Part shown: piece by piece, positions 61,701-64,000 of the stretch
Layout of the letters: the number at the start of each line of letters is the position of its first letter
Numbering within the stretch: position 1 is the stretch's first letter
NCBI GenBank assembly: GCA_002710785.1
Contig: PAMC01000016.1
Location: 13,435-77,434, forward strand
DNA from: a bacterium
GTDB lineage: Bacteria > Patescibacteriota > Minisyncoccia > Phycocordibacterales > UBA918
Reading direction: 5' to 3'
Length of the DNA: 64,000 nucleotides
Notes under the pieces: generated by a model
What the model saw: the letters and a program-made list of their open reading frames with translations, nothing else
Told to the model about the DNA's origin: nothing
Database searches by the model: none
Translations under genes and position numbers: made by a program

Positions 61701-64000
61701 CCGGTACGTCCAGTCACTGTTCCAGAATGGGTCGAGGAGTCCGTACTCTTGGGTTCCCACTGCCTCGATCCAAAACTCACCTCTTGAAAAGGCTGGAAAT
61801 TCAATATCCATCTTAAAGTACCGTGTCTCACCTGCCTGGATGGTGAAGGACTCTGGAGTTTCGGTGCGTACCTCAAACTGCGGTGGCACCTCCTTTACCG
61901 CTGGGGCTACCCCGAGCAAACCACCGAGCCGAGCCAATCGACTGGTGTTAGTAGGCACAGCGTCAGTAGAGACTTCGGCAGTTTGCCAATCACGTCGGTA
62001 CACGGTTTTTGCGTGTTCAGCGACTCGCTTTTGCGTAATCCGACACTCAGTCTCCTCGCTGCCGAGCACGTCACACTGCTGCACCTGTTGAGTACTCGGG
62101 CACCAGTAACTGGCAGCGACAGTCTCCGTACTGCTGGTAGCGGCGCTCGTTGCGGTTGCTTGAGTAAACGGACGTAGGTCCAGCGCACGTGATTGTACTG
62201 CGGTCGTCCCGCTACTTGTTGCTGCACTCGTCTCAGGAGTTGGCTCAGTAGTGGTTGAGGTTTGGTCAGAAGACTCCGCTCCTGACGCAGCTGCGCTCGT
62301 GGTGGCCAAAGCTGCTTCATTCGAGGTGGTGGCGGTCTCTTCACTGGCAGCGATTGCAAGCTGGCCTTCAGTAGCCATCTCCCAACCACCGCTACAGTGG
62401 TAGACAAACGGGCGGAACTCCGGAATAGTTACTGCGCGTGGCCGGTTCTGGTTCCAGACTGATAGTTCAGTGACCTCTCCAACGCCATTAGGGAAGTACG
62501 TCTTAACGGTAAACGAATCTGTCCGGTCGCTCGTGTTAGAGACGTTAAAGTACATAGTCGCTTGCGTAAGTCCGTTGTAGGTCACATCGTCAGACTTAAT
62601 AATGAGCGTCTCGCCACGATTCTCGTCAGTAAAGCTAAAGTCGATAGTTTCCCCATTAGGGAGGGTGAGCGTATCGCCAGCCAGAACTTCGTCGCTAAAG
62701 TTATCGTCAAATGCCGCGAGTGGGTCGAGGGTCTCGTCCTCGGCAGTAGTAAAGAGCTCAAGCCAAACGGCATCGATATAGAGCTCCTCGAGTGTGCTGC
62801 GTTTGCCTTCGTACGCGACGCGAACCGAAAGATCGCGCAAGCTATCGGCGTCGGTGATAAACGGCAGAGCGAAGAGGTAGTAGTCACCATTAATGCTGTT
62901 ACTAACCTCGTCTTCAATTGTGATGTCACCGCCATCTTGCCACGTAGCCTCACCATCGAGTGAGTACTGGATGGTGAAGCGAGCCGCTTCGTCGAGGCGA
63001 GTGCTGCGCTTCTTCGCACCTAGGGAAAGTCGGAGTTGCCCCCCCGTCACCTGAGCATTGTCGGTAAATACGGGTAGCCAGAAGTCTTGCAGGGTCACGC
63101 CGTAGCTGCGTACTTCATTTTTGATATCAACGCCAATTCTTGGAGTCTCGTCAATCACGTCGGGACGCACATTCGCCTCATCGCGTGGCGTGGATGTGGC
63201 AACCGCGTCGCCACTGCTGGCCGGTGACGTACTGGTTGCTACTAGCGTTGGTGAAGTCGTGGCAGTTTCTGTCGTGCTCGTTGCACTACTTGGTTTCTCT
63301 TCAGGAGTTTCGAGTTCCTCTGTAGCGTTATCGGTAGTTGTCGCAGCTGACTCACTCTCGGACAGAACTTCTGTAACAAGTGCAGGGTCAGGTTGTGCTG
63401 CTTCGGTTTCTTGCGACTCATCAAGTGCCGCAGTGTCTGCCTCACTTTCGTCGCTCGTGGTAGCACTGTTTACAAACGCAAAGCGCTCCACAAAGTTCGC
63501 AAACGCAAACTGGAACTGTGTCCCCAGCCGGCGTAAAACAGTCGTGGTGGCGCTTGAGGTACTCTGGGTCGTCTCGGCTTCTGGTGGCGTGACGGGAACC
63601 GTGGTTGTAGCGATTGTTGGCTCAGAACTGGTTGCTGTCTCTGGCTCAGCAACTGGAACAGGGGCTTCTTCGGTACTACTGGCTACAGGCTGCTCATCAG
63701 CGGGGTCTACCACCTCTTCTGCTTCGGCAGATTCACCGTCTGGTTCTTGTACCGGCAGTGTAGTGCTCGCACTTGAGGTGGCTGTCTCCTCAGTCGCTTG
63801 CGGCGGAGTGTTTAGGCGCAGTGTCTCAACTCGGCGCACGTTTGGCTCAAGTGGTAAGTACGCAGAGTTAATCGTATTAAAATCTTGGTATAACGCATCA
63901 CCAGAAAGGTTCTGGTTGAGAATGGTCTCGACGTTTTCCCAGCCGCTGCTCATCACCGTACCTGGGAATACATTGACGGTCGATACGGTGACGGAGCTAC
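40800..64000 (-). CDS. Giant (>7718 aa) surface protein with DUF2341/LamG-like modules and beta-helix-like repeats; 5' end outside the window
   Basis: Frame stays open from 63956 to the window edge (SSVTVSTVNVFPGTVM); repeated FPVYVDL..LG..FW..V.SDG.DIR...GELHF and G..DE.R modules. Confidence 0.9.
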   Translation of the reverse strand, partial: SSVTVSTVNVFPGTVMSSGWENVETILNQNLSGDALYQDFNTINSAYLPLEPNVRRVETLRLNTPPQATEETATSSASTTLPVQEPDGESAEAEEVVDPADEQPVASSTEEAPVPVAEPETATSSEPTIATTTVPVTPPEAETTQSTSSATTTVLRRLGTQFQFAFANFVERFAFVNSATTSDESEADTAALDESQETEAAQPDPALVTEVLSESESAATTTDNATEELETPEEKPSSATSTTETATTSPTLVATSTSPASSGDAVATSTPRDEANVRPDVIDETPRIGVDIKNEVRSYGVTLQDFWLPVFTDNAQVTGGQLRLSLGAKKRSTRLDEAARFTIQYSLDGEATWQDGGDITIEDEVSNSINGDYYLFALPFITDADSLRDLSVRVAYEGKRSTLEELYIDAVWLELFTTAEDETLDPLAAFDDNFSDEVLAGDTLTLPNGETIDFSFTDENRGETLIIKSDDVTYNGLTQATMYFNVSNTSDRTDSFTVKTYFPNGVGEVTELSVWNQNRPRAVTIPEFRPFVYHCSGGWEMATEGQLAIAASEETATTSNEAALATTSAAASGAESSDQTSTTTEPTPETSAATSSGTTAVQSRALDLRPFTQATATSAATSSTETVAASYWCPSTQQVQQCDVLGSEETECRITQKRVAEHAKTVYRRDWQTAEVSTDAVPTNTSRLARLGGLLGVAPAVKEVPPQFEVRTETPESFTIQAGETRYFKMDIEFPAFSRGEFWIEAVGTQEYGLLDPFWNSDWTYRIPIEIDNTSGTTDLTEHQVFLQLDSALSDFWSNVQSDGSDIRFVQEITSGNLYQSTTTQFENPYDPAWSERTALIVQASAVPGALSSYPVFVDLSTLGADFWNTVRSDGGDIRITKADGVTELPLSVVEINTNTRTGELHFLADYISGAQDTVFHIYTGNANATARAVSDPLGRNAVWADFEAVYHFSDNATTTGDTYTDQTGNGRDLTITTANVATTTGAMGSALDLTVTSSGHLTATGWNWASSTDLVSSGLYQQGAASAEAIWQWGTNNNPNWMSYMPWYNNGTATGRGYLYFGQTSNAIWDRTGIVNAWTHFTTVSETTIGGRHVIYEDGVEQLTALQDIADPYNLNNLQVGRYTTGGSYNGYIDELRFTTRDDLRTDGWTAAEATNHRNPTTFYATSSTLLAGGTSLPGWFNTSWNNRQRITVPASENLTDFPVYVDLSILGSAFFNDVATDGRDIRVISEDGQTEYPYELVAIDTGANTGELYFKTNLTAAADTNYYIYFNNPDATAYARDDTYGSENVWTNNYRAVYHLEEDAAGTGNNNLYLDSTANEYHADDYNTSDDKTGLFGAGQEFGDDQTDYIRLPKEVIDGLTNISTSWWHESSNISDMTLLSGANSGQANEYWDRLDNNTLLRLYSQGGQETATLDNGATYNDGNWQYYMTIRDMDNQEKSVIRNGLRDAQSPITASPVIATTSIDSGGLLIGQDQDIVGGNFSTAENFEGQLDSFRISDVVRTPEWASVIYDSMSDNAGWLATSSAEALTVTDFVELDFWLQHYDYSGQESDVWVQVESLPAGAKTTIWLYYGASSVTSASDELATFSYDTPQDLYYVVDNSGADDISVISLIDNNEVSIDGGSTVTLDAGDRTVFSTFTGTSVISANGPISSTVSHTSNGNSDTLVPISFATTTHIGATNRDTNRWYVYAPFASTSVSTFIGSSGTANQTQSIATSAVATFTADPSNSGNANDGDGVMIEATSPVLAFHRSTSPGDGYALYPPTMEPIYGHDSNYVFAGGTGTTNADYYCSDDTTSGTEPLTRGDRQVVDGCTAAAQFDGDSVRLVAQSEPIAAIQQADSDGRESVAFWSEREFGTEFALTNDAQFVAVACSPRFGTATIEIISPAGTTVTSGSCGAGGDYPGTIHFGDSGTNSNVTYTEGHTVVSTNGVPIYVIYEDVSVDSEETNVTGTVQARKYGNVFGASFGAQELANDARYEQRSFAWYQNEDVSTPTSTWSIGSGEFVSEGEDIRGAGAVDNGDILRLRMNLAASNATGTEDSLAFKLQYGTATQDQCSLITEWLDLAEQSSTTAAFAGFNNASVGDGTTLATTTLTDSTVLGTYEERNLSNVLPNDVGVGEVVEFDWVITAVDVGINTNYCFRMVRATGGELQTYTLYPQLETAGPPNVPQLISYFDNAHIADLDTQLTFVTTDNAGDEIDYQVQIDTDPAFPSPVVDVNSADSFLDFENVADASDKAPFVSGATVRFTTPTTLASSTTYWWRVRASDPDGSATSSAWSTPYSFTTNPTLTVTEWYQTTGDQFSTDTLTAGLSTTTGAVTGATGTITGTEIDFDDALIGNAWGEVFWSDTETAGTITIQVEYNNNGTWTLVPNNLIEGNSAGTTTSPIDILALDTSTYNELRLVANFAGSTLSLEEWGVRWALRVETPVLGDLFDNQKTAETLPTFDFISSDPQGDDLEYEISFSTDRTFETSSSTYNSSTSPGFANLSDGGDTNPFTSGDTITYTKQAGEAFVNGTTYWWRTRAKDPNGGDAWSPWSEADAFTIDTSVTVSTWFQTTDEQFEQGTLDGTVATSGAVTVSPEFGEYGTVSLTDNNWTEVTTLRSYQNMVVVASPEYDGSSYGNNRNARVRNKTANTFEIKVDDYTNAFTGSTDVDYIVMEAGTWTLDEGGSGIQVIAGTAANVSAVQARPFQNDIGTEIDYSSNPFINPPVGIATVASNNDSDWIGTHIDGNVNTNGNGNGPRDDEIEEDGMQIALNASYDGVTSHGAEDVDYVIMDVADGTINGADFEAFNSSDSVDDTQGQGGHNQSFQTGFGSTPQVTLVHNNAEDGGDGGFGIKDTSGTNNASQIFLSLMEDGLGANGHTQEIVSVIAFEASSGLLTRANAGTLSGTIAGEPVIFSDGAGPKFENFDWTDSTPATSDIVYQLQYQVSADTWALIPDSAIPGNSVGTTTGPIDLTNVDINIYDTIRPYATLTCGGGNCPEVQDWQVEWSEGVTMSGNIFENDRITPVASGTVRAAVNGVLLSATGTIASGTWSLPNVTAFAGQTVQVWVDGAADPDEAVTAFVYDGLGDITGVTLYEGHLAFDADETGTVDVSGLALYDNSISANEDIFFNVDLANNLDVCAVGTCGDFNIYVAANQEFRPSSSTAAVITTHDIVNDGTLTLDSNTLEVSGSWINTATTSVAAATVAFNALVGTETIIDPSDPLAFNSLTFGTSTSVAQWDISADLDLSGNLIVAAGTFNRGTSSIAVAGDVRTYAGAQWSGVGTTTFDGSGSSIWQDLNASTSLQNIGIVVVDGASKTIVVDTAAAAYDVNIGANDTLNGGSDTLIQVGGDWTNSGSFIAGTSEVEIVPDDRTYPGIIPGSSDWYSDTDFTQRLPIALQASEIDSSLTNFPVYVDLSTLGSSFWGAVKSDGGDIRMTTDDGQTEIAVEVVSINSNTQTGELHFLAPSASSTGDTTFYLYFNNPSASMPASFSTYGSEAVWVDFDAVYHFEVATTGVNTIVPDATANGYDLTITGADIATSTGQLGTAITLVGSSGILTNSWSWASGDRLESSGWYKLSAASSEALWSWGTGADMNFMPWYSGTQRGYHRFGSTAGAFTFDFTPRDTVNWQHFTTVGPTSTSEQVITYINDIVRDNPTQTAADPSGGALQLGRYTTAGSWEGEMDELRFAQSTRGADWVSAEYSNQSDPTAFYATSSVETYVPDIIPDAPSHQITTGGSAFYALTLNDATTTPYFSDAAVTVDDDFTVATGTVTFPTTKLTVGGSFLNQGTFMHNNAELEFTSSAAETVTLGGTTFLNILDDVTFDGSGSWSITDTHATATGAVTISDGTVTFPSGNLSIGDTLTVTGSGSFSNNGGLVLFSSTNEEQVRTNGSAFNDVQFGTLSSLPWYGSGWNERVALTIAPNTVEASLSDFPVYVDLSTLGSDFWNGVASDGADIRVANGSGFVALPVDVVEFDAVGETGELHFLADSISDTATTTFYIYFANADATAPASDSAYGSEAVWDNYEAVYHFHEDPTISITDETGNGRDLTPAIGTPATTTGTLGTALDTTSGNVRLENAGWTWPAGEDMVSSGWYFQSAVDTGALWQFGVAVGGSEDTYLHYLPWYDSGDRGYFRFGETSGSDFRFTRNSTIWHHFTTVGRAAIGETNQIYEDNILRDSVTQTADGENPSNTGLRVGAYQTTVYMDIQIDELRFSSTTPSTAWIDAEYTNGNTPTAFYGVAASSESFTDAVPRFILKESTTDIDGNVVVQSSELIAPNDTLTIGGSMTTLDGLFDANTATTTFDSSAGNETISIEDNSFYNLVFDAAGGDWTPSGNVDVVNDARLVNGTQFTLAPDAVMTVGGIFTNSFASTSTTWTDSTIVLTGGDYTITGRLDDGDDYGTIQVSNDSDIVIWNSTIATSTILDTSSLYLPDFGGTNGLLRVYGEYQRMSGTEHWSYATDFDGTDLTGGNERPVTVEIGNGSELTFGTSTTLSVLGDATSTTTVSVLFGLYQLNLENATFASQYADFSGMGAEGIELRNGTTISTLTQTDIAVPAGRTGITVDAATMNAQPSSVFTGVSFASTTATNVYSADWNSQLTLTVPASSTLSTLTEYPVYVNLASLGSDFWSNVKSDGADIRVTTAGANELPIDVVEINTTTQTGELHFLAPAVSAAQDTTFYIHYNNPTASAYAATYRYGSEAVWDNYEAVYHFNEDPTVSITDETGNGRTLLPAVGTAATTSGQLGQAVDTTTSNVMLQSAGWTWTSGDDLISSGLYFMTNTDTGALWQFGTGNGTNNGTYLAFMPNYDLTNRGRHFFGITSGGEYTVSPYNNTIWHHFTTIGRATDGENNLIYEDNTLQDTVTQISSSQNPSNTGLKIGRYQGGTYGEIQVDELRFATSTQGTDWIDAEFRNFLQPDEFYATSTVSTAAGANVTTDGTPSTYWLFTGGGGDRYGEAFDADDGDPGSIQWDDSNYNISISGVVYADDGVTPMGAPVCNNSTAVVTVVIDGGTTYQTSCDAATGAYEVAGVTYVGEPKITAFLSSTASSSEVNVAILDETSGTGTVTSNLMNVTRPTVVDNSVLVLIAGKDDEPLINTLGGWTAIDSFGNTTGDDLASGAWYKVVADASTEPASYDFPVTDNNETYNYWMGSLLNVDTASPLAATTNWSKLQNEYDPIAPTATTTIDGSLVIAAAHVFNDTDVAVPSGNWATRAQNVVDGTNHNLGVVSRVARPAGATSTAQFGNVTIGRESQVIQMSFNPDASPTATGTAIAAVVTKTPLGAAAQPYKTINLVDQRTAVGTVANGATFTVERPEVENGDVLIAITAREDEFDISAPSGWQLEGELGLTTGNDMYTAVWSRVITNAATEAETYAFTNNDTAGTEEFSAWIGAYRGVDTSDIFDTDPVWSNEQNTSSPVAPGITTTNDGSYVLAAWYVIDDNDLVGPTSPWSTILQDARQGSRNLLLSSQLQTSAGATGDATATGGSTDDVNVVQFALKPASVSVLDSISDFDLYQNRVIVRHEDISPLSIADMNIFDSGDNGDVPFTVSTSTTPDSLTVSASSGLMVWNSKTFTGNGDITLAGSGGSTQDGSLLLGPSATLNMSGTEVLTIGGSLYLDTAATFNTPSSTVLFTATTTGQSIASAASSTLAFTAVSFTGAGGGWGVQTPITVINNLTVATGTLSGTSDITITNGNFTGNGTVAMVNGTVEIDRTNTLGGTTPWQFYNLVLGDGVTATQVTTPFGSATTTVRNRLTIDSGHLLDAGSSQWDLTGDGTVFVEDGTFLEDTSRITYGGNSTVTRTAYFDLAVEAATGSTAVTAPVTGLQVFGDLTVGSRGTTTFTLDTNDPLTVVAGDTYIGARGTLEASDTSSLQLFGSYDNDGVFTANGGLVEFLQATGTASVAAGASDFYDVSVAGGGTYLFTESATTTGDFSLTSAFTFTLQPGNTLAVGDVFTNTVSGANTNWSNSVLKLFGNTAYEVNTKTDADDYAELVVDNGTQPRFWNSSYSTTTISASSSLYSMDHNDVAGDLYIFGAYSNASYTDSWSYTTDWDGAALGSPRQADVYVEGGGSVTYTGGSLDVMGSTTASTTIQNQGSGEFSFTIGGTASTEWLDAEPRDVDSAGLSFTGTPTVVNIVNVDWLVDDNNASAMTVAGSVIDANPAKNFDRNTFNESGVTSPVNVTTSGVSVSSWRFTNHTGNLDGEAFDADSGDPGEIVWSDSAALISISGNIYNDEGTSWYTQCDGSTPNVRLVVAGLTSASTTCASGTGAYTFTNVGFGPSDSIIVYIDGESEAGATVTADPISNILNMDVYVDRVIVRHESTDAIRIADLAVWDSSDDADIPFTATTGGTNTVSFPTDTKLIVWDSKTFTPDGDVTLSTGTASHAGTLELQANATFTGAGSESHTIGGELLSGAGATLALNDAALTFTSTQSGRSIDSNDATFGALTFNGTGSWTVNDTTFAANGDVTITNGDVTLPAATSTFANDFTNTGGSFDANGGVLAFTATDAGNTITFGGSDAATIQFAGSGSWSISDTNATATASVTVATGTVTLPGGTFTVGTDFVVSDTVAHNSGTIRLTGTGTHVLTAGGNDLSSLQVDGSGSFTVTDATSAFLGDVTVAAGNLRLASSSTAIGGSLDATSGTLDVGTSTLLFDSTDTGETVDPGSNEFYRVVVNSATGGWTFSSATSTSDFSLLSASAFTLGSSETLYVGGVFTNTVGGANTTWTNSELILAAGTNFSANTKASTGDTYDTLTLIGDTDVRFWNSDYLVSTLSASSSIYSQDHAGSDGALRIYGEYVSQTVNEYWSYATDFDGVALGGSPRAVSVTFATSTLSNFTLESGTLEIIGATGASTTIQSAEASTLYDFTVSGGTFSADTYTFDDLAAGGLTFVGTPTISDLDRGVFNQATNTATMITLPQTALDANAGLTILEAVFTDGGFTGGANVTLDATSTNSWIFSTHFGDLSGEDYDVDGEDACSSIRWDDSACLLTEQTEYRWRNDDGGEGAVASTWYDTNWDARQRVRLQNGDASTYSNVPVLLSVTYDSDMQTDFDDLRFTDSTGTVLIDHWIERFSTGVSADVWVEVPSLPAASTTQIYMYYDNLTATTTSSSTLVFTAVDDFESGSLSEYSGDTTLFNIGSTYAWGGSNGLDTNGNETAKATDGIFTFDQTVSQGEIIRYRQYVDASGSDESCTLFGVQSPGTTNENYGVCIELQGTDRLSLVRDAESTDLVGGVVVLDQTNVTYSTGWYEIEVDWQTDDTIDVRLYNSGGTLVASTTATDSNYTSGGFGFTFWGFYGGWDSFVSYPRLDNKPTVYFGAEQVDGGATWRAPQGVAGSGYDFGDVARLRVAVENSGLDITNQEFRLEYAGKGVALTCEAVSGGSYSSVPAAGSCGVSPVCMINTTQVSSGDPTTDHLIIPSGTFSAGEIVSNTDNQTGFVDVNQQYYTELEYALNLTSNATEDAYCFRVTNAGTALDSYASIPELTLEFAPSVGVVTLNDGSDIVLSPGTTTPVVASTTVTDLNGYADIVAATTTFYRTTVGASCTPDDNNCYVTTLGTGCVLSGCSGTSCSLSCTADFAFHTDPTDGGSPYEGEEWYAYVEVADAATNSDFETSTGIIDVGTLRSISVDNLIGYGTLDINGVTASGSNPVSNISNFGNEALDVDVSGTDMSNGGVSIIDVTQQKFATSSFDHTTCTACITLSEIGSSIEVDLNKPTTSTPLVTDALYWGIAIPFGTASEPHSGINTFTATAD
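49861..51998. repeat. 95-bp near-identical direct repeat (49861-49955 and 51904-51998)
   Basis: 91/95 identical by manual alignment, inside two paralogous DUF2341/LamG modules. Confidence 0.9.

Noticed and set aside
40903-63652. Many overlapping antisense and alternate-frame ORFs (up to 315 aa) in the track, here and across the window
   Set aside because: They are shadows of long real genes with biased codon use and show no recognisable motifs
36702-64000. Type I or type V secretion of the giant protein
   Set aside because: No GGxGxD RTX repeats, HlyB/HlyD/TolC or C-terminal beta-barrel; the ABC pair is MacB-type
1-64000. CRISPR array, rRNA, transposase/integrase, or recoded TGA (code 25)
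   Set aside because: No regularly spaced repeats or such genes seen; TGA terminates genes (e.g. 7021, 14072) and Gly-rich long ORFs are intact in code 11

Overview
Bacterial DNA in the standard genetic code, with almost every real gene on the minus strand. The gene style suggests a Patescibacteria/CPR (Parcubacteria-like) genome, which is an inference: streamlined enzymes, few Shine-Dalgarno sites, -10 boxes abutting start codons, and cohesin/dockerin and DUF2341 surface proteins. 1-15.9 kb holds housekeeping genes: PCD, an alpha/beta-hydrolase, a divergent Ddl-like ATP-grasp protein, uvrC/uvrA/uvrB, tgt, FKBP, CapA, an AI-2E transporter and TlpA. Several of these have lost metal-binding cysteines or catalytic residues. 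15.9-64 kb is one ~48 kb cell-surface locus. It encodes a >7700-aa giant protein that runs off the window and a 2053-aa protein, each sharing its C-terminal pilin/WxL-like module with a small stand-alone partner (631 aa and 381 aa). It also encodes three DUF916/WxLIP-like membrane proteins, three cohesin and two dockerin domains without CAZymes, FN3 and beta-propeller proteins, and a MacB-type ABC transporter. This is the best candidate for an undescribed fibre/adhesin assembly system. Non-coding highlights are a two-domain structured 5' leader on the 381-aa gene, a 243-bp structured element with terminal inverted repeats and 9-bp flanking direct repeats, and a perfect 44-bp palindrome after uvrB. 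Two small membrane ORFs are missing from the track. All family calls come from reading motifs by eye; no searches were run.
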